From Eledone cirrhosa (lineage: Eukaryota), in NCBI GenBank assembly GCA_964016885.1, contig OZ024743.1:168888001-168952000 (forward strand): 64,000 bases of DNA. The letters run 5' to 3'. A program made the position numbers and the translations under genes. Below the pieces are notes generated by a model that saw nothing but the letters and a program-made list of their open reading frames with translations, was not told the origin of the DNA and searched no databases. The first letter of the stretch is position 1; every line of letters begins with the position of its first letter. Shown piece after piece: positions 29,101-41,429 of the stretch.

Positions 29101-32100
29101 AAACTGACGGTTCACTTAGAGAATAGGCAAATGGTCTGTTTTCAGGACACTAGAAGAGGTGTCGAAAGAATTGCTAACGCACCACCTCCTAAGACGGAAT
29201 TGACTGAGTGGTTCAAGCATAATAGGGAACATGCTTTGAACCTGGATCAAAAGAGGCAACTCTACTGCGATTCCCCTTCCCACTATACGTGGGATAAGAA
29301 GGGAAAGAAATGGAATGATAGAAAACAAAAGTTGAGATTCATGACTATTGGACGGGTTTATAATGTCCATCCCGCATCTGATGATGTGTTTTATCTCCGA
29401 ATTTTGTTGCATAATGATTTTTCGAGAGGTAAACAGAGCTTCGCTGATTTGAAAACAATCAATGGCGTGGAATATGAAACATATCAGGCTGTGTGTCAAC
29501 ATCTGGGACTCCTTCACGATGACGCTGAATAGAATAACGCCATGGAAGCTGCAGGAACAACACAGATGCCAGCTCAAATATGGCAGTTGTTAGTCACGAT
29601 TCTAGGATTCTGCAATCCTGCCGATACAAGAGAGTTATTTGAACGCCATTGGGGAATTATGGCTGATGATTTTAGGCATCATCTTCAGGTCGATGATGAA
29701 AATTTGAATGAAGCTATTGTTTTGCTCAATATTGAGCAACTGCTTGAAGTTTATTTCAAATGTTTAAGAGATTTCAATTTGCCAATTCCTGATGAAGAAA
29801 TGCGGCAACGTGTCTTAGCATTGAACATGAGATTGCAGCTTAGACGGTTGCCTCTCGATCGGAGGGAACTATTGCAGTTTGATCCACTGGAACAGCAACG
29901 TATTGTGGATGAACTTGTGCCAATATTGATCCAATCTCAGAGAGAATTGGTCGATGGCGTTCTCCACTCGATTTCAACTAATGAGCAACTTTGTGCTATC
30001 ATAGATGCTCCAGGAGGCACCGGAAAGACATTCTGTTTCAACACTATGTTATCGGCAGTCAAAGCTCAGAGGAAGATTGCTCTCCCTGTGGCCACCAGTG
30101 GGATCGCTGCCACTTGCTGAGTGGTGGAAGGACCTTCCACTCATGCTTCAAGGCTCCATTGGCTCTGGATGAGTTGAGTGTCTGTAACATTACAGGACAA
30201 AGTGAACTCGCGGACCTATACGCAATACGTCTCTGATTATTTGGGACGAGGCTCCAATGGCACGCAGATATTTGCTGGAGGCATTGGACAGAACTGTGAG
30301 AGATATCTGCGGTAGTGACCTGCCATTCGGTGGTAAGACTATCGTTCTTGGTGGCGATTTCAGACAGGTGCTACCAATTATTGGGAATGCTCAAAGAGCG
30401 CAAATTGTCGATGAATGTCTGAAAAAGTCCCCGTTGTGGCGCCATTTCAGAGTTTTGCGATTACACGTTAATATGCGACTGCGTATGTTCGGGCAAAACG
30501 AAGAGGTTGAGACATACGGCCGATGGTTGATGCAGTTGGGAAACGATGAATTGCCACACGTTGGTGATAATCAGACTGTAAGTATCCCAGACCATTTGGT
30601 CATGCCACTGGACCGCCAAGCATTATTTGACTGGGTGTTCCCTAATTTGAATGCTTTTTGGCAGAATATCTCCTGGATATCGAAACGCGTTATTCTAACT
30701 CAAACGAATGCAACGGTCGACGAAATAAATTCATAAGTAGCCGGAATGTTTCCCGGAGAGGAATGGTTGACCGGATGCAATGGAGCCTAATCAGCAGAAC
30801 AATGTGGATGTTCCGACTGAGTATCTGAATTCACTTCAAATACCTGGATTTCGCCCACATATTTTGAGGTTGAAAAAGGGTATGCCGATTATATTGCTTA
30901 GAAATATCAATCATAAAATGGGCCTTTGCAATGGTACCAGATTGATTGTTGAGAGATTGATTAACGGAAGAGTTTTAGAAGCTAAACTCCCAGGCAGAGA
31001 GGAATCGGTTCTCATTCCGAGGATCATGCTGAGACCAAGTGAAGATCTGCTGCCATTCATTTGGCAAAGGAGACAGTTTCCCGTCAATTTGGTCTTCTCC
31101 ATGACTGTCAACAAGGCGCAGGGACAGACTTTCAAGCGAGTCGGTGTCTACTTGAATGATCCAGCATTCAGCCATGGGCAACTGTATGTTGCTGCATCTC
31201 GAGTGTGCGATCCTGATGGTATAAAATTTGCAATTGATACCACTAACAGAGGAACAACCCTGAATATTGTCTATAATGAAGCTTTGAGATGATGTATGCA
31301 TATTTTTAATGCTATCAATAAGCGACGTAAATGATTCGGACATCGGTGTCCTTTGATCAGTATTGTGAGCTTTGACAGAGTTATCATTTATGTTCAATGT
31401 CATTTAATGTCGTTATGAGCAATAAAAACAAACAAGTATTGGTAAAAATTGCTTTCACTGCTATGTTGCGCAATGAATACCAACAAGTATTGGTAGAAAT
31501 TGCCTTCACTGCTATGAATATTCGACGTAAATGATTCAGACATTGGTGTCCTTTGATCAGTATTGTGAGCTTTGACAGAGTTATCATTTCTGTTCAATGT
31601 CATTTATTGTCGATAATGAGCAATAAAAACCAACAAGTATTGGTAGAAATTGCCTTCAAATTTATCGCTTCTGATTGCGGTGATAATAAAACCTCATCAT
31701 ATGCTCAGTCTGGCAAAAAGGTTGGATACTATGGCCGGCCAGGGCTAGAGTAATATTGAAAAACGATTCTATTTTCGAAGTAGAAGGATCCGCCATTTGG
31801 AGTTCAAACCAGGCCACCTCCCCGAGTTGAACTCTGGGCAACATTGACTGTCTATTAGTCAGTGGCTAAGAGCCTGGAAATTACTGAATACATTTTTTTA
31901 TCATATAATTTGTTGATGTATTATTATAGCTAACCACTTATAGATAAGCATGTTATCCATATCCATATTAATTTGGCATTTGTATAAACCATTTGACGGA
32001 CATTTTTAAAATTAATTATCTATATCTATATCTACATATAATATAAAAGATTGGAACTTCCATCATCCTTTTGAGAAACGTGGAACAACCACGTCTATGC

Positions 32101-32521
32101 AATGATACACGTATTACAGTCAGGCAGAAGATGAACCATCTCCTAGAGTTCACTATTCTAGGTGGGAGCACCTAGAATTGTTCATATACTATGCACATTA
32201 TCGACAATAAATGACATTGAACAGAAATGATAACTCTGTCAAAGCTCACAATACTGATCAAAGGACACCAATGTCTGAATCATTTACGCCGAATATTCAT
32301 AGCAGTGAAGGCAATTTCTACCAATACTTGTTGGTATTTATTGCGCAACATAGCAGTGAACCGGTATCTGGAAGATTTTTTTTTACTGTTTTTTGTATCA
32401 TACAGACACCACAGACTCACCTCATACTGTAACCAGACAAACATCCAATACAGTCATTTTCTCTTTTACCTGTCTTCTCTTATCATCTGTTTACCCGGGC
32501 GAAGCTGGGTACGTCAGCTAG
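26151..32521 (+). mobile_element. Helitron with disrupted RepHel ORF (about 26700-31292)
   Basis: 5' A|TCTATATATTAA; 3' hairpin ACCCGGGCGAAGCTGGGT then CTAG|T. Rep motifs FITVTCNP, EFQKRGLPHAH and KYLFKYVYKG. PIF1-type helicase motifs [26 protein letters not shown] and HGQLYVAASRV. Several stops and frameshifts. Confidence 0.92.
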
Positions 32522-32544
32522 TATATTCTATTTCTTGTTTTTAG

Positions 32545-32656
32545 ACGCTAATATTGGTCAACTTTCGGGAACCGATGTCACTTGAAAAGAATTTAATAGC
32601 ATGGGAGCTTTGGAGCGATCGCCAGCACAGCACCAAAACACGCATTCTTGATATAG
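32545..32656 (+). CDS. grh: grainyhead exon (TLILVNFREPMSLEKNLIAWELWSDRQHSTKTRILDI-D)
   Basis: gtttttag acceptor, gtcagt donor. Matches Grh FRE...AWxxWxxRQHSxKxRILD. Confidence 0.92.
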
Positions 32657-33199
32657 GTCAGTAGCTCATAATCTAAAGTTATATATGTTTTCATATTTTC
32701 CCTTTTTCATTTGTGACAAAATGCATTCAAGAAACGTTTGCTAATAATTTATCATTCTAATGTGAATGACTGAACAATAGACTAATATTCGTCATTTTGT
32801 CTTTAAGATTTCCCTTATTTTGTGAATTTTCGGGTTATCTATATGGAACATGTTACACTGGTATTATCTATCAAATATAGGTATCTGAGTAAATAGTTCT
32901 ACATTTCTTAACGATGTAAAGAACGCATGTATATTTTTTCTTGTTAGAATCATATAACCCCCAAAAAGAAAATATGTATATTTATGCATTGAACATTAGG
33001 GATAAATTTCTTGACAACTGTATAAGAAATGAAAGAATAACTGGTTCTTCGATATTTGATTAATGATTACCAGCAAATAATATTAGGCTGTGTCACAGAG
33101 ACAAAATAACTCCGGCTAAAGTTGTATTTTTGTAAAAGGCTGACATGAAACCATAATTTCATAGGCCACGCCTTTTCAAATTATTTCAGTCACTAATAC

Positions 33200-33330
33200 C
33201 GGTGAATTGGCAATATCGGTAGAGCATCAGACAACATGCTTTATGGCATTATAGTTACCTTCTGAGTTCAAATCCCGCCAAGGTTAGCTTTGTCTTTCGT
33301 CCTTACGAGATCGATAAAATAAAGTACCGG
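33200..33330 (+). mobile_element. tRNA-derived SINE, 3'-truncated
   Basis: Head, box B and core present. Confidence 0.75.
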
Positions 33331-33555
33331 TAACTGGTGAAACCATTATTTAAGTCACCAATGCTCTGGGAAAATGTTTACAATGTCCCAACATCAAATT
33401 CTTTAACTTTACAATTTGTATGTTCTTTGTCAAAGAGAAATTAATGCATTAATGCAAATGTTTATTTTTTATAAAAGAAAAAGGCGATATAATGTTTATT
33501 TTAAAATTTAACGTCTTATGCTTTTTTTCAATTGATTTTTATTCTTAATTTCTAG

Positions 33556-33653
33556 ACACTAAAAATGGTCAAGGAATCCTATCAAATTCCATTGAAGAGT
33601 TGTCACACAATGCTGTATCTGTCAAATGGAAACCAAGTGAAACCCCGTCATTG
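33556..33653 (+). CDS. grh: grainyhead exon (DTKNGQGILSNSIEELSHNAVSVKWKPSETPSL)
   Basis: tttctag acceptor, gtaagt donor. Grh motif DTKN...IEExSHNAxxVxW. Confidence 0.93.
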
Positions 33654-33777
33654 GTAAGTCTTGGGAATAATGAAATGAATCCCATGTATGAGTTCAATAA
33701 ACTAATTTCCAGACTTGACAACCATTTTGCCATAAACATATTTAAAGATGTGTATAGTAAGTTAAATGATAAGACTC

Positions 33778-34135
33778 TAAATTGGCAGTCTTTAGAACGT
33801 CGGATAGAATGTTTTGCGGTATTCGATTCGGCTCTCTGCTCTCTGAGTTTAAATTCCGCCGAGGTCGGCTTTACCTTTCATCCATTCTAAGTCGATAAAA
33901 AAAGTTTAATACTTGGGTCAATTTTTTCTCTATATCTCTTTCTCATTTCCTTTCTCTCAATTTCTATCCTTCTCTGGAAGAAATTTGTTCTTTGAAGACC
34001 TGGATGGGATGGACTCCGCCAGGCTTAAAATGCTCTAGAAACGCCGTATGTCACCACAGCACCCGTACGCTTCCTTCGAGAGTTATGGAACCATACATAT
34101 GCGTCTCCGTCAGGAGTTACGGGACCATACCATAA
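33778..34135 (+). mobile_element. SINE with the same head/core but a different 3' tail (related copies 25480-25750 and 18490-18710, - strand)
   Basis: Head and core followed by GGACTCCGCCAGGCTTAAAATGCTCTAGAAACG..GGAGTTACGGGACCAT. Confidence 0.62.
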
Positions 34136-34559
34136 ATACAAAATTAAATGATAGGGGATAGATTTATTGGCAATCATTTAATCCATCTCTGAGTTTCCCT
34201 AAATAACAGGATCCAAAAGAAATATTCCCCTGGCATCAGGCATACTTCAATGATCTCATAATCAGCTGGAAAAAACGAATACTCTCAAAGAGCTATTTTA
34301 ATTATTATTAAATATTAAATTGTTCACACACTTCCATGTATTCTGAAGTGTTAGGCTCACAAATGACATACATCATATTTTCAATATTCTCGTACTATAG
34401 AGAGTGATAAGACGTTTTTTTAAATAGAGTAAACATGAACCATTTATACAATTAACTTTCATTGTACGTTTTCAAATCGTATAGTGTGTTTATATAAAAC
34501 AGAAAATTAAGAATAGAGAAGTTGTATAGACCTTATTATCATCGTAGTGGACTATTCTA

Positions 34560-35408
34560 TGCGCCTTGCACTGGAGAAACACCAGGACTCTGGCTTTACT
34601 GTGGCACCGGCTCAGAGTTAGGGCGAAAGAGGTATCGGATGCTGAATTTGCCGACGACATAGTTTTGGTGACAAATACAGTGAAGGAGGCAGAGGATTTG
34701 ATGCGGGAGGTTGAGACTGTGTCGATGAGTGTGGGGCTGTGAATGAATGAGACTAAAACAAAATATCTGGTAGAGAATGTTGAGAAGCCAGAGGGGATCA
34801 CTAATGTAGGCGGGAGGCCGCTGGAATTGGTTGAGGACTTCCTGTATTTGGGAGCAAAGATTGGGAATACGGAAGATGATGTGGTTGAGAGGAAGAGCAA
34901 GGCCTGGGCGGCGAGCCACAGCTTGAGATCGGTGTGGAAGTCGGACCTTCGTAGAGACCTGAAAATCCGCCTCTTCATTGCTGTAGTGGAGTCTGTGCTG
35001 CTGTATGGGTCTGAGACTTGGACACTGACCAAGAAACTCACTCAGATGGTGGATGGGTTCTACACGAGAATGCTGAGGATGGCTCTGAACATTAATCAGT
35101 ATACACTGAGGATAAAAAAACTCAGAGCTGTATGGGAGCATCCCAAAAGTCAGCTCAAAAGTGACACAGAGGAGACTGAGGTTGGCTGGACATGCTCACC
35201 GACATCCAGAGTTGACATTGCACTCAGTGCTCCTGTGGGAGCCCCTACATGGACACACTAGAAGAGGAAGACCAAGGTTAACGTATGTTGATGCCCTAAG
35301 GACAGATACTGGTCTGTTGGAGATGCAGGACATGGCAGCGATAATGAGGGACAGAGACCGCTGGAGAGAACACGTCCATGGATCTCGGGAATTTTACCCG
35401 CCTTAGAT
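34560..35408 (+). mobile_element. RTE-group LINE 3' fragment
   Basis: FADDIVL, FLYLG, VESVLLYGSETWTLTK, RRLRLAGH..RRGRP motifs. Confidence 0.82.
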
Positions 35409-35552
35409 AGACATGTGATGTATATATCCACGTCGAACTGTATTTGTGGCTAATTTCCTGAGGTGTACATGGATGTTCTTTCTTGTTTAAATGAGTTGCC
35501 AAAATGTTAATATCCCGTGTAAAACGTCATTATCATCTATCTCATTCACCCC

Positions 35553-35675
<123 letters not shown>

Positions 35676-37094
35676 CAGGATGGATAAGGTAAGAACTGTC
35701 ACCAGACTGGAGCAAGCTGTTGAAATGGCAAGAGCTCAGCCGTTGGGGTCCTGACTCATGCATATATATATGTGTGTGTGTGTCGGGTTCAATCGGAGGT
35801 AACCACAGTGAGTAAGGTACTCAATACATAGCAGAGTATAAATATTTAATATAGAAATGGCTTCTACAGGACTAGAACTGTTTCATTCGCAGGAAATTAT
35901 CAGGAAAAAGTCAGATATGAATTTATATTTATTCTTTCATTTCCTTGCACGTTTCAATGCGGTTATAATATTACATTAATTTGAAGAACAACGGGAAATT
36001 ATCAATTAACAATCAACAACATCATATATGTCAAAAACTAACTGTATATCCCCAGGGAAAGCTTACATAGAATAAATAATAATTTAAAGAATAGCTTAAA
36101 GAATAATAAAATAAAAAAACACAAAAAAGCATTCAACGTAAAAGCAAGGAATTAGATTCAAATCCATGATACGCTGAAGGAATTTAAAAAAAAAGCTATG
36201 CAAGATTGTATGTTTACTTGTGGTTTTTATATCATTAGATTGCAGGGAATGAGTTAATGAAGGGTTTATTTATCTAGAATTTTGCTATCGCTTTTCTTTA
36301 TATAGGTAGTATGATGTCTGTTAATTCAGTTGTAAGAAGTGTATGTAAAAAGCATTGGCAGGCACACATGGTTAGCATAATATGTAAAGAAGATATACAA
36401 AAATAAAATAAAAGATATCATATATATAGAAAAATATAGATGTGTAGCACATGTTGATATTACCTATTTGCCAATCTGTTTCAAAATTAAAACAAAATAT
36501 TTTATTTTTCCTGGTCAGTTTGGCATTCTATTTATTGTTCTTTCTCCATCTACTGTTAATCTGGTTAAAGAATTTGTTCCAATGATCAATATTTCAACGG
36601 TCTCTTTCTGCTTATGTCCTTTGTCAAAAATTGTTATTATTTACTGGGGTTTATTTTTCATAATGTGTTGGGATACGGTTAACTAATTATTTTTTTAAAA
36701 CATTTGTTTTCCCTTTTTGAAAACATTATTTCTGTTTCCATGAAGAAGTATTGAGTGTGAATCAATTTATTTGATTGAATCTTTGGGCAGCCGGTAATTT
36801 GACTCCCAGTATTTTCACTCCGCAAATTTGACCCCCGGTAATTTGACTGCCAGTGAATTTCAATCCCGATATTAGAAAAAAAAAATAAAACGTTGAAATT
36901 CATCATCATTATTATTATATTTATTATCAGTTCAAAACATAAAACCAATACAGTATTTGTAATAGAAACAAGTAAATATACAGTAACTATACGAAAAGGG
37001 AAACAAATATTAAAAAATATGAATGAAAGTTTAATTAAAATAAAGATAAAATAAAAAGTACAGTAAAATATAAAAATATTACTAAAATCTTCAA

Positions 37095-37282
37095 TAATTA
37101 TTTCTACTTTTGGCACAAGGCCAGCAATTATCCCAGTGCACTACTGGTACTTTATTTCATCGACCCCGTAAGGATGAAAGGCAAAGTTAACCTCGGCAGG
37201 ATTTGAACTCAGACCAAAAAGGGCCGTAACTCTTTGCTGCAAAGCATGGTGTCCGACCGATACTGCCCAATCCACCGCCCTT
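37095..37282 (-). mobile_element. tRNA-derived SINE, same family
   Basis: Reverse complement of the full consensus. Confidence 0.85.
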
Positions 37283-37599
37283 ATAAAATCTTCAATAATG
37301 ATGAGGGTTATGAGCTTGTAAAAAAAAAAATCCATCTTATTTTCGGGACTATATCGCTCAATAATTATCTGCAGTCGTTTGCTTTTATGTTTATACTTTT
37401 TGGGGGGTCTCGCAGATCTCACCTCGATCAAATTCATATATGTAATTCATGTCATCCACAAGTTTATTCCTTCCGTGGATACTGTTAAAAACGAATGAGG
37501 CACTTTTAAATAACGAAGGAGGAAGGGATGGATCACGGATAAACCTGTAAACTCTCTGAATAAAACAACCGAATGGATGACCATGGAAGGATATGTCAC

Positions 37600-38305
37600 A
37601 AACTATAGAGATAGGGTATAATTGGAAAAGTAGGTGAGTGACTGCATGACTTCTTAAAAAGCAGAAGCCAAACTGTTGCAGCCAGAGGGGCCCTTTGAAA
37701 GGAAACATCAATAACAAACGGGTTGCCTTGGAACCACTACTGTTTCTGGTTGCTCTTTCAAACAAGCCCTCTGTAGTACATACAACATCTCTCTCTAGCT
37801 TTGCTGATGACTCAAATGTAGCATAGGCAATCAAGGGACCGGCTGATGCTACACTTTCACAACAAGATCTGGATCTTGAGGACTAGATATTGAGGACTTT
37901 CACGACAGGAGACCGGGAAACCATGTTGGTAGTATGGAGGATGTTTGTCCTAAGCCGACTGGACTGTTGTTCCCAGCTGTAGTAACACCATAGTGTCAAA
38001 CTAACCACGGAGGTTAAAGCAATCAAATAAAGCTTCACCAAGACGATTGCCACGATGAAGGAGATGAGCTACTGGGAGATGCTAAAAGAAGTAAAACTCT
38101 ACTCCATGTAACGTAGGCGTGAGAGGTACCCAGTTATGTACATATGGAAGATCTTGGAAGGACTAACACCAAACTGTGGCATTAAAAACTAGGCCAACAC
38201 TCGAATAGATCGTCACTGTGTCGTGCCAAAGGTCCCGTCTTTCACATCTTGAGTAAGGAGCAGATGTTGCAATAGCCTGGCGTTCAATGGCACCCAACTC
38301 TTTAA
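37600..38305 (+). mobile_element. CR1-group LINE fragment with internal deletion
   Basis: LEPLLFL..SSFADDS RT motif, then SYWE.LK..LYS..RRRERY. Confidence 0.72.
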
Positions 38306-38315
38306 TAACGCAATA

Positions 38316-38422
<107 letters not shown>

Positions 38423-38424
38423 CC

Positions 38425-38458
<34 letters not shown>

Positions 38459-38785
38459 ACAAACAAACCCTCCATCTCAATTTTAATTTTGAAAATCATA
38501 AGAACTGTGAAGCCGGTAAAGTAAATAAATAAATATTCTTGAAAGACTCCAGTTGCATTTTCAATTTCTTGACCTTATATATATATATATAGTAATAATA
38601 ATAAATTTGAAGACTAAAATACAAAGAGGGCTCGATAAGGATAAATATATATCAAATATATAAGAACCGTAGAGCAACGTTTTTCAAAATATTTACTTCT
38701 GCGTTCACAGATTGATTTTTTTAGTTTCAGAGGGATCCCGTTAAGGGTGAAAGCAGCGATTCTTTGCTTAAACTTTAATCTGTTA

Positions 38786-38841
<56 letters not shown>

Positions 38842-39406
38842 TAAAGTTAGTCCTTCATCAGTGATCTTCCAACCATCATTGGTATTTCATCGCTTTAAAG
38901 ACCATATACCTCCGGTTGGTGCGAGCAACGGCTAAAAAAAGTCGTTGGGACACGTAAATAAAGGGGACACGAGAGTGTAAACAAACAAAGATGGTGAAGC
39001 AACGAAAAATGAGGAAGAAGGAGTCAAGTCCCAAATTTCCATGAATATAAGTTCGGTGAAATCGTGAACGAGAGAGAATAAAGACCATCAAACCTGGTTG
39101 GAATGTGAGCAAGGAAGGAATTCCGTACAGGTCTAACGGGAGGAAGAAGGAATCTAGTCTGTGAATTCGGTGAACATAAGTTCTGTGAAATCGTAGACGA
39201 GAGAGAGAAAAAAAGCGAACCTGCCTGACCAAGGGTGCGAAAGAAAAGAATTAGGCACAGGTCAAACGGGAAGAAGGAGGAGGAGGAGAGGTAGTAACAG
39301 AGAGTGAGTGACTGAAGGGTGAGGAAGAGGCTAACAGAGAGAGTGACTGTTAGAGAGAATATATACATATATATATTTATATATATATATATATATAAAT
39401 ATATAT

Positions 39407-39611
39407 ATATTAATAATATACGGTTAAAAATATATATTGCCACGAAAAATGTCATTAAAAAAATTGCGAATAACTGAGTATATATATATTTATGTATATA
39501 TATATAAATATATATATATATATACATAAATATATATATACTCAGTTATTCGCAATTTTTTTAATGACATTTTTCGTGGCAATATATATTTTTAACCGTA
39601 TATTATTAATA
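39407..39611. repeat. Palindrome with (TA)n centre, arms of about 90 bp
   Basis: CGGTTAAAAATATATATTGCCACG..CTGAGTA / TACTCAG..CGTGGCAATATATATTTTTAACCG. Confidence 0.9.
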
Positions 39612-40094
39612 ACAATATACCGTATTTGACGGCCTATTAGACACCCGTTCGCATTAGATGCTCCCTCTTTTTTTAATATATTTTATGTTATATTTTCACG
39701 TTTATAGGCATTTTTATGGACCACGTCCAATATTCGCAGTTTTTCACTCTTAGCAAGCTCCCTAGGAACTTAATCCCCTCGAATACCGGGGGACAATTGT
39801 ATATACATATATATGTATATATTATTCCATGTATCTCAAACGGTCAACCTCAAGCCGCTATGTGTATAAAACCTTCAGTTATGAATTTGCTTGTGATTGC
39901 TTGATGTACATATTCTCGGATGAGGCCCCAATAAGAGTCCAAAATCAAAATGTTTTTCAATTTCATACATTTGACATGTTTACATCTCTATAAACACAAT
40001 TTGTAGATTTATTTACATATAAGCGCAGTTTCGGTGGTACTTTCTACTGTATATCTACAGGAATTTATTTATCACAATCACACACACATGTATG

Positions 40095-40130
<36 letters not shown>

Positions 40131-40341
40131 TAGATATAGATATATATATATGTGTGTGTGTGTGTACGTGTGTGTGTGTGTGTCTATGAGTGTGTGTGTG
40201 CATGTGGTGCGTCTGTATGCACCATATATATATAGCATATGTAACATTAACCTATATATTACAACTACCACAATAAACTACCACAATAAATGTGTGCAAT
40301 CTGACTTAAATTCGTTTTATTTTCTATATCGATATTTCCAG

Positions 40342-40398
40342 GTGAATATTGCAATTAATTGCCTCAGTACAGATTTCAGCAACCAAAAAGGAGTCAAG
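40342..40398 (+). CDS. grh: grainyhead exon (VNIAINCLSTDFSNQKGVK)
   Basis: tttccag acceptor, gtgagt donor. Signature DNA-binding motif CLSTDFSxQKGVK. Confidence 0.96.
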
Positions 40399-40785
40399 GT
40401 GAGTAACGGGCTTGCAGACTATCAGACATTTTATACAAAAATTGAAATATGTTTCTTCTAAACAAGGTTAGAGCAACGGAAGAAAACGAAAAAGGGAATA
40501 TTTCACATTAACTGCCTGAAAACTTCATAGATTTCAAACAGAAACAAAAAATATAGTTTTCTCGTCTGTGCAAATGAGGTGATTAATCTCATTTGTATAT
40601 TAAGCTGTATGAGTTGACTCAACTTATAATAGAATTTCAGTTCGAGCATAGCTGTATACTGCTATGTATTAGAATTTCGTATTTCTAAAGAAATACCGTA
40701 TGTTTATAAATAAACATTTAGAAAGCTGTGGCTATGCAGAATGGCGTAGCTATATATTCTCGCCTGTTTTCAAAATCCAGCAGTT

Positions 40786-40856
40786 GCAAGAGGGGAAGGG
40801 ATCGTCCAGATGAGTAGCAGTACAGTTTGAAATACATCAACGATTGTCCCCCTTGC
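40786..40856 (+). ncRNA. Decayed type I hammerhead fold (core CAGATGA)
   Basis: GCAAGAGGGG..GATCGTC-CAGATGA-..-GAAAT ac ATC-AACGATT..CCCCCTTGC. Long stem I, poor stem II. Confidence 0.45.
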
Positions 40857-40944
40857 TTCTTCTCTAAACATACCGTATTTCTTTAGAAATACGAAATTCC
40901 AATACATATTTGTATACAGCTATGCTCAAAGCTAAATTCTAAAC

Positions 40945-41012
<68 letters not shown>

Positions 41013-41220
41013 CGTTTCTGAATTTGTTTAGCAAGATTCTTTATCTGAAATCGTGTGTTGAAACCGATATTGTTATACTTTGAGAGGGTCATGTTGCCAA
41101 TAAGAAACACACGCACCAGTTGCTTTCACTTCCATTTATTATAATAAATTTATAAATTTAGGAATTTATAAATTTCTGGTTGGTTGGTTGGTTCCACAAC
41201 CAGATAGTTGTTTATATATT

Positions 41221-41263
41221 GTCAAAGTTCTTTCGTCACACATTCTGTGACCTCTTCAGTGAC
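41221..41263 (-). ncRNA. Mirror copy of the 41387-41429 hammerhead in the other palindrome arm
   Basis: Exact reverse complement of 41387-41429. Confidence 0.65.
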
Positions 41264-41386
41264 TGGGGATTCTTTTCTTTGTTTTTGTGCCTCTCCTTTG
41301 TTCTGTCCTACGCCATTTTGAAACAAAATGGCGTAGGACAGAACAAAGGAGAGGCACAAAAACAAAAAGAAAGAAAAGAATCCCCA

Positions 41387-41429
41387 GTCACTGAAGAGGT
41401 CACAGAATGTGTGACGAAAGAACTTTGAC
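41387..41429 (+). ncRNA. Minimal type I hammerhead ribozyme fold (Penelope-type)
   Basis: GTCA-CTGAAGA-G-GTCACA gaatg TGTGAC-GAAA-G aa C-TT-TGAC. Confidence 0.65.

Noticed and set aside
39618-39690. TA-CCGTATTT start resembling a pogo-like transposon end
   Set aside because: No matching second terminus found in the window.
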